This document shows positions 20,802 through 29,960 of a stretch of 64,000 bases of DNA, in pieces. The stretch spans positions 74,063 to 138,062 of the forward strand of contig CADAHS010000001.1 of the NCBI GenBank assembly GCA_902787825.1. Direction: 5' to 3'. The position numbers were made by a program, and so were the translations under genes. The DNA is from an uncultured Ruminococcus sp. GTDB taxonomy: Bacteria > Bacillota > Clostridia > Oscillospirales > Ruminococcaceae. The notes under the pieces were generated by a model. That model searched no databases. It was not told the DNA's origin and worked only from the letters and a program-made list of their open reading frames with translations. Numbering within the stretch: position 1 is the first letter of the stretch; every line of letters starts with the position of its first letter.

Positions 20802-21695
20802 TTATAGTTTAAGTTTATTATGTACTGCTTTGATCTGATCCTCCGAAACCACTCCGGAATACAACAGCTGCAATATGTTGGTGAAGCCGTGTATCTTTTC
20901 TCTTGCCTCAGTGATCTTCCGAGCCTTTTCAAGCGGAAGGTCAAAAAACAGAGCAAATTCTTCCGTCGAAGCTTGATTAATGTTGAGTTCTTCAGGCTTA
21001 GGGATATCGCTCGAACTGGTGTGCTCAGAAGTAACCTCAGAGCTTTCTTTTGTAGTTGCTGTCATTCTGCGTGATTCAGCTGTATCGCTGACAGCTGATG
21101 TTTTGACGGTGCTGACAGTAGTCTTTTTAGTTTGAGCAGTTCTTTCTTTTTCAGCAGTTGTGCTCTGGATTGTTGTGATACTGTCCTTTTGACTCACATA
21201 AAGATACTGTTTAAGCTTTTGGAAGGTCTTTTCACCGATGCCGTCTACATCAAGAAGCTGTTCTATACGACCAAATTTTCCAATGCTGTTTCTATGGTCT
21301 ATAATGCTTTTTGCAGTCGATGGACCGATGCCGCTTATCGCACAAAGCTGCTGTTCGCTTGCATGGTTTATATCAATAGGAAAGTCAACAGCGGTCGTTA
21401 CGCTTGCGCTTTTTGTTGTATGAGCTGTGGCTGCCTTAGTACTCTTAGCTTCTGAATCAGCTTTCGCAGTTTTTGTCGTTTTGGTAGTTTGCGTGTTTAA
21501 CTTGGTGTCCTTGACCGAACTAAAGCTTTCGCAGCTTTGTTCAGAGATGTCAGAGTCAGTTTTCTGGATAACGATATTACCCTTTCTGTGTGATCTGATC
21601 ATCACCGCTGTAACAGTCACACCTATAACAAGAACAGCCGCTGCAGCCGCAACGATATACTTTGTCAATGAGGTCCTGTTATTATTATCCGACAT
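20802..21695 (-). CDS. comEA: ComEA-like membrane-anchored helix-hairpin-helix DNA-binding protein
   Basis: N-terminal TM; IDINHASEQQLCAISGIGPSTAKSII..R...G.F...EQLLDVDGIGEKT; second degenerate HhH module at the C-terminus; Thr/Ser/Lys linkers. Confidence 0.8.
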   Translation of the reverse strand: MSDNNNRTSLTKYIVAAAAAVLVIGVTVTAVMIRSHRKGNIVIQKTDSDISEQSCESFSSVKDTKLNTQTTKTTKTAKADSEAKSTKAATAHTTKSASVTTAVDFPIDINHASEQQLCAISGIGPSTAKSIIDHRNSIGKFGRIEQLLDVDGIGEKTFQKLKQYLYVSQKDSITTIQSTTAEKERTAQTKKTTVSTVKTSAVSDTAESRRMTATTKESSEVTSEHTSSSDIPKPEELNINQASTEEFALFFDLPLEKARKITEAREKIHGFTNILQLLYSGVVSEDQIKAVHNKLKL

Positions 21696-21711
21696 TATCT
21701 TCACCTGTTCC

Positions 21712-23991
21712 TCAGCTTCGTTGACCAAGCTCGTCATTAAGCTCACTGATCAGATTTTCAAGCTCTTTGTATGTCATTATAGGCTTGCCGGTAAAGCTCA
21801 GAACGGCTCTTATAGGCATTTCCCACATCATTGCTTCAACCATCTTCTTAGCTGCTGCTCCCATTGTTTCATCTGTCTGAGCGCTGCTGATATCGGTATT
21901 GATCTTGTCAAAAAGCTCCTCTAATTTCTTTTTGCCCTCCGGGATAGATATTATATCTCCGAATGTGCTATTGACAGTCAGTTGTATAGGAATTATATCG
22001 TCTGAGCTGATATAAACTGAACAGCTTGTGCGTATATCTCTTGATGAGGAACCAAGTGAGATAGTGAAATCGCCTTCCTCAACTATCCAATCGTGGGCAT
22101 CTGTGCAGTAAAATGCAAAGGCACGTCTGTCAAGCTTAAACATAACTTTTTTTGTTTCGCCGGGCTTTAATGAGATCTTCTCAAAGCCTTTGAGTTCTCT
22201 TATCGGTCTTGTATAGCTGCACAGATCGTCGGTGACATAAAGCTGAACGACTTCCTTGCCTTCAAACTTTCCGGTATTGGTAACGTTCACGCTTACAGTA
22301 AGCTCATCTGTCGAGCTGATCGTCTGTGATGATAGCTTCATATCCGAATACTCAAATGTTGTATATGAAAGTCCGTGACCGAATGGATACATTGGTTCGA
22401 TCTGTTTATAGTCATAATATCTGTACCCAACAAAAATACCCTCTTTATATTGAACGTCGTCCATGTGACCGGGGAAATTCAGGTACGATGGGTTGTCAGA
22501 GAGCTTTAACGGGAAAGTCTCTGATAGCTTTCCGCACGGATTAGCTTCGCCAAACAGCAGATCACAGGTCGCACTGCCCACAGCCTGTCCGCCAAGGTAC
22601 ATTTCAAGTATTCCTTTTACTTTTGCTGCAAATGGAAGCTCAACAGGGGAGCCGTTGTGGAGCACAACAACCACATTGCTGCAAACCTCGCATATCCTGT
22701 CTATAAGTGTCAGCTGATTGCTCGGCATTCTCATATGCTTTCTGTCGAAGCCTTCTGACTCGTAAATATCAGTAAGGCCTGCGAATATAACAGCAACGTC
22801 GTTCCTTTTTGCGCACTCAACAGCCTCGTTGATAAGCTTATCATCTGCCTCGTCTGTATCAGTGGCATAACCCTTTGCATAATCAACATCACAATAATTC
22901 TTAACGGCTTCAAGAGCAGAAGTTACCTTGAACGAATTGATATGTGAGCTTCCGCTGCCCTGATAGCGAGGAGTATTTGCAAATTCGCCGATAAATGCGA
23001 TCTTTGAACTCTTGTCAAGCGGAAGGATACTATCTTCATTCCTGAGAAGCACTGCGCTTTCACGAGCGATCTTTCTTGCAAGCTCATGCTGTGCCTGCTT
23101 ATCCCATGTAACAGTTTCATCACTGTTGGATTCTGCTTTGTTTACAAGCTCAAGTACGTTTCTTACAACCCTGTCCAGATCCTTTTCATCAAGCTTGCCG
23201 CTTTTAACAGCTTCAACTATCAGTGCATCGTTCACACCGTGGCTCGTAGGCATTTCAAGGTCAAGCCCTGCCTGTACGCCAAGAGGTCTGTTGTTGACAG
23301 CCCCCCAGTCGCTCATGACCAGTCCTTTAAAGCCCCACTTTTTTCTGAGCACATCAGTAAGAGTAAATGCGTTTTCTGAGCAGTAAACATTATTAAGTTT
23401 GTTATATGAACACATTATGGTGTATGGCTTTGCGTTCTTGACAGCTCCTTCAAATGCTGCTGCATATATTTCAAAGAACGTTCTTTCGTCCATGTTTGCC
23501 GAGCAGGTCATTCTTCTTGTTTCCTGATTGTTGCAGGCAAAATGCTTCAGAGATGTTCCGACACCCATGCTCTGAACGCCCTTGATATGTGCTGTGGCTA
23601 TTTCCGTTGCAAGATACGGGTCTTCGGAGAAATATTCAAAATTTCTTCCGCAAAGTGGTGAACGCTTGATGTTGCAGCCCGGACCGAGTAATACATCGAC
23701 TTTTTCAGCTTTGCAGGATTGCCCAAGCGCTTTTCCCATTGTGCTGAGAAGCTCTCTGTCGAATGAGCAGGCTGTTGCGCACGCACACGGAAAGCATACT
23801 GCTTCGATAGCAGCCTGATTGGACATATCCGCAGTTTCGTTGACCTTTCTCAGACCGTGAGGACCGTCAGATACCATTACAGCAGGTATATCAAGACGTG
23901 GGATGGGCTGAGTGTGCCATGCATCGCTTCCAGAGCAAAGCGAAGCTTTTTCTTCCAGTGTCAGTTCCTTGAGAATAACATCAATGTTCAT
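21712..23991 (-). CDS. GH3 beta-glucosidase (no signal peptide, Fn3-like C-terminus)
   Basis: SDGPHGLRK, GRNFEYFSEDP, KHFACN, MSDWG (nucleophile), SEGFDR, GKEVVQLY. Confidence 0.95.
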   Translation of the reverse strand: MNIDVILKELTLEEKASLCSGSDAWHTQPIPRLDIPAVMVSDGPHGLRKVNETADMSNQAAIEAVCFPCACATACSFDRELLSTMGKALGQSCKAEKVDVLLGPGCNIKRSPLCGRNFEYFSEDPYLATEIATAHIKGVQSMGVGTSLKHFACNNQETRRMTCSANMDERTFFEIYAAAFEGAVKNAKPYTIMCSYNKLNNVYCSENAFTLTDVLRKKWGFKGLVMSDWGAVNNRPLGVQAGLDLEMPTSHGVNDALIVEAVKSGKLDEKDLDRVVRNVLELVNKAESNSDETVTWDKQAQHELARKIARESAVLLRNEDSILPLDKSSKIAFIGEFANTPRYQGSGSSHINSFKVTSALEAVKNYCDVDYAKGYATDTDEADDKLINEAVECAKRNDVAVIFAGLTDIYESEGFDRKHMRMPSNQLTLIDRICEVCSNVVVVLHNGSPVELPFAAKVKGILEMYLGGQAVGSATCDLLFGEANPCGKLSETFPLKLSDNPSYLNFPGHMDDVQYKEGIFVGYRYYDYKQIEPMYPFGHGLSYTTFEYSDMKLSSQTISSTDELTVSVNVTNTGKFEGKEVVQLYVTDDLCSYTRPIRELKGFEKISLKPGETKKVMFKLDRRAFAFYCTDAHDWIVEEGDFTISLGSSSRDIRTSCSVYISSDDIIPIQLTVNSTFGDIISIPEGKKKLEELFDKINTDISSAQTDETMGAAAKKMVEAMMWEMPIRAVLSFTGKPIMTYKELENLISELNDELGQRS

Positions 23992-24448
23992 ATTTGACCT
24001 TCTTTCTGTATTTTATATTTTCAATTAATCCTTCAAATTTCTGCGAAAACTCTTTGTCATCATCTGCTGTTCTTTTATGAGGACCTTTTAGTTTTCCACC
24101 GCTTCTGCGTATTTTCTTTGCGACGTGCCTTGAAAACAGCAGCGAATTAATGTTTGAACTATCATAAATGAGTCCGTCCTGTGAGATACAGATTCCGTTT
24201 CTTGCAAGGCACATAGCTGCAAGTCCATAGTCCTGTGTAATGACAATGTCACCGCAGGAAATAAGATTTACAAGCTTCATATCTGCGCTGTCCGCACCCT
24301 TGTCAACCGTAATGACCTCGGCATTTATATTTGAAAAGCTGTGAGAGGTATCGCATACAAGAGTTACCGGTATTCCGTGCTTTGAGCAGATGTCAGCTGC
24401 AAGCCGTACCACAGGGCAGCCGTCAGCGTCAATAAAGACCTGCATCAC
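23981..24448 (-). CDS. YaiI/YqxD family (DUF188) protein
   Basis: VFIDADGCPV, DSADMKLVN, GDIVITQDYGLAAMCL. Confidence 0.92.
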   Translation of the reverse strand: MMQVFIDADGCPVVRLAADICSKHGIPVTLVCDTSHSFSNINAEVITVDKGADSADMKLVNLISCGDIVITQDYGLAAMCLARNGICISQDGLIYDSSNINSLLFSRHVAKKIRRSGGKLKGPHKRTADDDKEFSQKFEGLIENIKYRKKVKYEH

Positions 24449-25038
24449 TGTTTGCCTTCAATATAAAATGTGGCTTCCATATCAGCAATGTGTGCAGCCA
24501 GTGCAAGTGGGTACATTTCAAGTGCTTTGCCTATGGTATTTGTGTTTTCTTCTCCCGAGAAACCCATGTGCCACCTGATCGCCATTGCCTCCTCACGAGT
24601 GAGCCTCATAAATCCGCTGACTATGTATACCGATTTTTCACCGTGACCATACGGAAGTGTGTCGTTATACTCGTAATATGGCACCTCTATCCATTTGCCG
24701 TTTTCGTCCTTTTTGTTTCTTTTGCTTGTCTTATATAGGTTAACTTTGCAGATATCATGCAAAAGCGCAACGATCGCGATCGTCTCGTCAGAGTAGTCAA
24801 GTCCATATTCGTCCTTGACTCGCTCTCTTTCAAGGTAGCTGCAAAGGCAGTTATACACGTTCATACTGTGCTCACAAAGTCCGCCTTCGTATGCGCCGTG
24901 GTATCTGGTCGATGCCGGGGCTGTGAAAAAATCGCAGCTGTCTGACAGCAAGTATTCTAACAGTTTGTCCGAACCCGGTCTGCTGATGTGTTCTTTGTAT
25001 ATGTTTACAAAGCGTTCTTTCAGTTCGTTTATATCCAT
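24445..25038 (-). CDS. HD-domain hydrolase
   Basis: FFTAPASTRYHG...GGLCEHS, ALLHDICK, GHGEKS, AIRWHM, HIADM. Confidence 0.9.
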   Translation of the reverse strand: MDINELKERFVNIYKEHISRPGSDKLLEYLLSDSCDFFTAPASTRYHGAYEGGLCEHSMNVYNCLCSYLERERVKDEYGLDYSDETIAIVALLHDICKVNLYKTSKRNKKDENGKWIEVPYYEYNDTLPYGHGEKSVYIVSGFMRLTREEAMAIRWHMGFSGEENTNTIGKALEMYPLALAAHIADMEATFYIEGKQ

Positions 25039-25276
25039 TTCAGCCGTCCTCCTTGACTGTATCAGCATTTTGTAAATGTAAAAAAATCAAAATCATATTA
25101 TGACTTTTTTATTATAGCACACTTTGTCATTAAATAAAAGTATTTTTTATAAACTTTCAAAAAAAACTTGATTTTGTGGATTTATTATGTTACAATGACA
25201 ATGAATAGTTGCACTGCGCTATTTCAGACAGAATATATCGTTTTAGATCATATAATAATATCGGAGGTAATTGTTT

Positions 25277-27115
25277 ATGTGCGGAATAGTCGGATTTACG
25301 GGTCAGCAGCAGGCTGCACCGATACTTCTTGACGGACTGTCAAAGCTTGAATACAGAGGTTATGACTCAGCAGGTATTGCTGTGCGTGACGGCGAAAGTG
25401 ATGTTGAGATAGTAAAAGCCAAAGGAAAGCTCAAGGTGCTTCAGGAAATGACTAATGACGGTGCTGCTGTGAGCGGCTGCTGCGGAATAGGTCATACACG
25501 CTGGGCTACACACGGTGAACCATCATCTCTTAACGCTCATCCGCATTCGAGTGATGATGAGAACGTTGTTGCAGTACATAATGGTATTATCGAGAATTAT
25601 CAGGAACTTAAAGAAAAGCTCTTGAAGAACGGATATTCCTTTAAATCTCAGACCGATACAGAGGTCGCAGTCAAGCTTATTGACTATTATTACAAGAAAT
25701 ACAATGAAGGTCCGGTCGACTCAGTCGCAAGGGCAATGATGCGTATAAGGGGTTCCTATGCGCTTTGCGTTATGTTCAAGGATTATCCGGGTGAGATCTA
25801 TACTGCCCGTAAGGACAGCCCTATGATAATAGGTGTTGCTGACGGCGAAACTTATGTTGCATCTGATGTTCCTGCTATACTTAAATATACAAGAAATGTG
25901 TATTATATTGGAAATATGGAGATCGCCAAGCTTGAAAAGGGCAAGGTAACGTTTTACAATATCGACCGTGAGGAGATAGAAAAAGAACTTACCGAGATCA
26001 AGTGGAACGCAGAAGCTGCCGAAAAGGGTGGATATGAGCACTTTATGCTTAAAGAGATCCATGAGCAGCCAAAGGTTATCAAGGATACGATAAACTCTGT
26101 TGTAAAGGACGGAAAGATCGTGCTTGAGGAGTTCGGTCTTACTGACGAAGAAGTAAAGAGCCTTTCGCAGATCTATATCGTTGCCTGCGGTTCTGCATAT
26201 CATGTTGGTATGGCAGTACAGTACGTTATAGAAGAATTGACTTCTATCCCTGTCAGAGTTGAACTTGCATCGGAATTCAGATACAGGAAGATGCCGCTTG
26301 TCAGCAACAGTCTTGCTATCATAATCAGTCAGTCCGGAGAGACCGCTGACAGCCGGGCTGCGTTGACCCTTGCTAAAGAAAGAGGCGTAAAGACGCTGGG
26401 AATTGTGAATGTTATCGGATCAAATATCGCAAGAGATGCTGATAACGTGTTCTATACACTTGCAGGACCGGAGATCTCTGTTGCAACAACAAAGGCTTAC
26501 AGCACTCAGCTCATTGCCGGATATCTGCTTGCTATGCAGTTTGCTAAGGTCCGTGAGGAAATTAGCGAGGAAAGATTTGCTCAGCTTCTGGAGGAGATCC
26601 AGACTTTGCCTGAAAAAATCGAAAAAATTCTTGATGACAAGGAAAGAATACAGTGGTTTGCAGCTAAGTTTGCTAATATACGTGACGCATTCTTTATTGG
26701 CAGAGGAATAGATTACGCAGTCAGCCTTGAGGGTAGTCTCAAAATGAAAGAGATAAGCTATATCCACTCTGAGGCTTATGCTGCTGGTGAGCTGAAACAC
26801 GGCCCGATATCACTTATCGAGGATGGAACACTTGTTATCAGCGTACTTACTCAGCAGGATCTTTTTGAAAAGACAGTTTCCAATATGGTTGAGTGCAAGA
26901 GCCGTGGCGCATACATTATGGGCTTGACAACATACGGCAATTACAGCGTGGAGGATACTGCTGACTTTACTGCATATATTCCAAAGACCGATCCTTTGTT
27001 TGCAGCAAGTCTTGCTGTTGTTCCGCTTCAGCTTATGGGATATTATGTGTCTGTTGCTAAAGGACTTGATGTAGATAAGCCAAGAAACCTTGCTAAATCT
27101 GTAACAGTTGAATAA
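25277..27115 (+). CDS. glmS: Glutamine--fructose-6-phosphate transaminase
   Basis: MCGIVG, LEYRGYDSAG, GHTRWATHG, HNGIIENY, SQSGETAD, DKPRNLAKSVTVE. Confidence 0.98.
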   Translation: MCGIVGFTGQQQAAPILLDGLSKLEYRGYDSAGIAVRDGESDVEIVKAKGKLKVLQEMTNDGAAVSGCCGIGHTRWATHGEPSSLNAHPHSSDDENVVAVHNGIIENYQELKEKLLKNGYSFKSQTDTEVAVKLIDYYYKKYNEGPVDSVARAMMRIRGSYALCVMFKDYPGEIYTARKDSPMIIGVADGETYVASDVPAILKYTRNVYYIGNMEIAKLEKGKVTFYNIDREEIEKELTEIKWNAEAAEKGGYEHFMLKEIHEQPKVIKDTINSVVKDGKIVLEEFGLTDEEVKSLSQIYIVACGSAYHVGMAVQYVIEELTSIPVRVELASEFRYRKMPLVSNSLAIIISQSGETADSRAALTLAKERGVKTLGIVNVIGSNIARDADNVFYTLAGPEISVATTKAYSTQLIAGYLLAMQFAKVREEISEERFAQLLEEIQTLPEKIEKILDDKERIQWFAAKFANIRDAFFIGRGIDYAVSLEGSLKMKEISYIHSEAYAAGELKHGPISLIEDGTLVISVLTQQDLFEKTVSNMVECKSRGAYIMGLTTYGNYSVEDTADFTAYIPKTDPLFAASLAVVPLQLMGYYVSVAKGLDVDKPRNLAKSVTVE

Positions 27116-27119
27116 AGAT

Positions 27120-27146
27120 AAAAGGCGATCCTTGCGATTGCCTTTT
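27120..27146 (+). terminator. Probable terminator/hairpin after glmS
   Basis: AAAAGGCGATC..GATTGCCTTTT inverted repeat. Confidence 0.6.
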
Positions 27147-27164
27147 GCGTTTATTGGAGGTAAA

Positions 27165-27812
27165 ATGAGTAAGTATAAGTATTGTATTTTTGATTTTGAT
27201 CTGACGTTAGTTGACTCGTCAAGAGCAATTCTGAAGTGTTATAAGCATACTCTTGAAAAGTTCGGTCTTGAGATACCGGACGATAAGACTATCTATAATA
27301 CCATTGGAAAAACGCTCGCAGATTCTTTCGCTATACTTACCGGTATCAGCGATGATGAAAAAATTGAACAGCTGAGAATTGAGTATGTGAAAAAAGCTGA
27401 CGAGGTAATGGCTAAGGAATCAATATTCTATGACGATGCTCTTGCAATGCTGCAGATATTGCAGTGCGCTGGTGTTAAGGTAGGGATAGTTTCTACCAAG
27501 TTCAGATACAGGATCGAAGAGACTTTTCGCTGTCATACTTCTTCTTTGCCTGTAGATCTCATCGTTGGCGGAGAAGACGTAACTGTCCCCAAACCCGACC
27601 CTCAGGGGCTGAAGCTTATTATCAGCAGGTTTAATGCTGATAATACTGATGTGCTTTACATTGGTGACAGCTATATCGACGCTCAGACCGCACAAAATGC
27701 CGGAGTGGATTTTGCAGGTGTTACAACGGGTCCAACGCCTTACGAGAGGTTCTGTGAGTATCCGAATATTTATATCGGAAAGAGCTTGACTGATATATTC
27801 CAGCACATTTGA
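27165..27812 (+). CDS. HAD-superfamily hydrolase (phosphoglycolate phosphatase-like)
   Basis: FDFDLTLVDS, KPDP, YIGDSYID motifs. Confidence 0.92.
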   Translation: MSKYKYCIFDFDLTLVDSSRAILKCYKHTLEKFGLEIPDDKTIYNTIGKTLADSFAILTGISDDEKIEQLRIEYVKKADEVMAKESIFYDDALAMLQILQCAGVKVGIVSTKFRYRIEETFRCHTSSLPVDLIVGGEDVTVPKPDPQGLKLIISRFNADNTDVLYIGDSYIDAQTAQNAGVDFAGVTTGPTPYERFCEYPNIYIGKSLTDIFQHI

Positions 27813-27960
27813 ATTCAGGGTAAATATAAAATTAAAATATTGTTAAAAAAGCTTGATATTTCAAGCCTGAGGTGGTATAATAATATGAATATAAAAATCC
27901 GGGAAAATCTCGGGTTTTGCGGTCTTGACCGAAATAATAAATCTGAAAGGAATTAGAGCT

Positions 27961-28839
27961 ATGGTTAAAAGTATGACCGGCTTTGGAAGAGAACACATTG
28001 TCGCTAACGGCAGAGAGATCATTGTTGAGATACGCTCTGTAAACCACAGATATTACGAATTTACTGCAAGAACACCAAGATCATATGGATATCTTGATGA
28101 AAAGTTAAAGGCTTTTCTTAAAAATGGTATTACAAGAGGGAAGGTCGAGGTATCTGTTTCAATTTACAATCAGGAGGGTACTGATGCTCAGATCGAGCTT
28201 AATGAGCCTGTTGCTTCGGGATACCTGAATGCGCTGAGGGGCTCGGCAGAGAAGCTCAGACTTGAAGATGATCTGACGCTTAGCAGTATTATCAGACTCC
28301 CCGATGTATTTACCGTTGTCAAAAAGACTGACGATGAGGAAGTTATCTGGAACGAGGTCAAGGCTGTTGCTCAGGTCGCTCTTGACAGGTTCGTCGAGAT
28401 GCGTAACACCGAGGGCGTTAAAATGTATGATGACATAAGCTCCAGACTTGATTTTATCGAGCAGACTGTGGGCAAAATAGAGCAGCAGTCACCCAATGTA
28501 AGCGAGAGCTACAGGGACAGGCTCTACGCTAAAATAAAGGAAGTTATTCAGGAAAGGAATATCGACGAGCAAAGGGTGCTCACCGAGGTTGCTATATTCT
28601 CAGAAAAAGTAGCGATCGACGAAGAAACTGTCAGACTCAGAAGCCATATCTCTCAGTTCAGAGATCTTATAAATTCAAACGAACCTGTCGGCAGAAAGCT
28701 TGATTTCCTTGTTCAGGAGCTTAACAGAGAGGTCAACACCATAGGTTCAAAGGCACAGGATCTTAGCATAACCAAGATGGTTGTGGATCTCAAAAGCGAG
28801 ATAGAGAAAATAAGAGAACAGATACAGAATATTGAGTAA
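27961..28839 (+). CDS. yicC: YicC/YloC family endoribonuclease
   Basis: MVKSMTGFG, EIRSVNHRY, GRKLDFLVQELNREVNTIGSK. Confidence 0.95.
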   Translation: MVKSMTGFGREHIVANGREIIVEIRSVNHRYYEFTARTPRSYGYLDEKLKAFLKNGITRGKVEVSVSIYNQEGTDAQIELNEPVASGYLNALRGSAEKLRLEDDLTLSSIIRLPDVFTVVKKTDDEEVIWNEVKAVAQVALDRFVEMRNTEGVKMYDDISSRLDFIEQTVGKIEQQSPNVSESYRDRLYAKIKEVIQERNIDEQRVLTEVAIFSEKVAIDEETVRLRSHISQFRDLINSNEPVGRKLDFLVQELNREVNTIGSKAQDLSITKMVVDLKSEIEKIREQIQNIE

Positions 28840-28854
28840 GCCAAGGAGGAAACT

Positions 28855-29112
28855 ATGCAGCTGATCAATATAGGCTTCGGAAATATGGTATCCTCTGCAA
28901 GACTGGTAGCTATCGTGTCACCCGAATCCGCTCCGATCAAGAGATTGATCCAGGAGGCAAAGGATAAAGGTACACTCATAGATGCCACTTACGGAAGACG
29001 GACCCGAGCTGTTATTATAATGGATAGTGACCATGTGGTGCTTTCTGCGGTCGCACCTGAAACGGTCGGAAGCAGATTGACTATTGATGAGGGGGAAAAA
29101 GACAATGAATAG
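28855..29112 (+). CDS. remA: RemA/YlzA (DUF370) regulator
   Basis: [10 protein letters not shown]...[15 protein letters not shown]. Confidence 0.93.
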   Translation: MQLINIGFGNMVSSARLVAIVSPESAPIKRLIQEAKDKGTLIDATYGRRTRAVIIMDSDHVVLSAVAPETVGSRLTIDEGEKDNE

Positions 29113-29740
29113 TGCAAAGCTTTTTGTGATCTCGGCACCTTCGGGTTGCGGCAAGGGTACGATCCTTGAGAAAGTTTTTGCAAAGAAAGAGTTATTCTTC
29201 TCGGTATCGTGTACTACAAGAGAGATACGACCGGGAGAAAAGGAAGGCGTCAACTATCATTATGTTACCCGAAAACAATTTGAGAAAATGATAGATGACA
29301 GGGACTTCTTAGAGTTTGCCAGGTATTCAGATGAGTATTATGGTTCACCCAAAGCACCGGTTTTTGAACACCTTGCAAGAGGCACGGACGTAATACTTGA
29401 AGTCGAGGTCGAAGGCGGATTTCAGGTGCGTGAAAAGTTCTCTGAAGCTGTGCTTGTGTTTATACTACCTCCAAGTATGAAAGAACTTGAAAGACGACTT
29501 GTCAACAGGGGAACTGATAAACCCGAGGCGATCAAAAAAAGGCTCAAAAGAGCCGGAAGTGAGATACGTTCATCCTATCGGTATGACTATGTTATACTGA
29601 ATGACGATGTTGATAAAGCCGTTGAAGACCTTTTAACGGTAATGGAGAGTGTAAGAGCGGGAGATGACAGAGCTTTCCGCTTCAGCACAAAATGTGATGA
29701 TACAATTAAATTGATAGAAAAGGTGATTACAAATGCTTAG
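29105..29740 (+). CDS. gmk: Guanylate kinase
   Basis: [31 protein letters not shown]. Confidence 0.96.
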   Translation: MNSAKLFVISAPSGCGKGTILEKVFAKKELFFSVSCTTREIRPGEKEGVNYHYVTRKQFEKMIDDRDFLEFARYSDEYYGSPKAPVFEHLARGTDVILEVEVEGGFQVREKFSEAVLVFILPPSMKELERRLVNRGTDKPEAIKKRLKRAGSEIRSSYRYDYVILNDDVDKAVEDLLTVMESVRAGDDRAFRFSTKCDDTIKLIEKVITNA

Positions 29741-29939
29741 ACCGGCAGTATGTCAGATTCTGAAAAACAATGAGAGCACTTATTCTTTGGTGATCGCAGT
29801 AGCTAAAAGGGCAAGAGAGATCACAGATGATGCTTTTGAAAGCAAGACAATTCTTGATGAAAAGCCTGTTAAGACCGCAGTTGACGAGTTCGCAAGCAAC
29901 GAGTACAGATTTGTGGAGGATCCCGCAGTAAGGGGATAG
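29733..29939 (+). CDS. rpoZ: RNA polymerase omega subunit
   Basis: YSLVIAVAKRAREI...KPVKTAVDE; located between gmk and priA. Confidence 0.9.
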   Translation: MLRPAVCQILKNNESTYSLVIAVAKRAREITDDAFESKTILDEKPVKTAVDEFASNEYRFVEDPAVRG

Positions 29940-29960
29940 TATTTCCCGGAGGTCAGACAT

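Noticed and set aside
25140-25276. glmS ribozyme upstream of glmS
   Set aside because: The leader after the likely -10 (TACAAT, 25191) is only about 75 nt, AT-rich, and lacks the AGCGCC...GACGAGG core.
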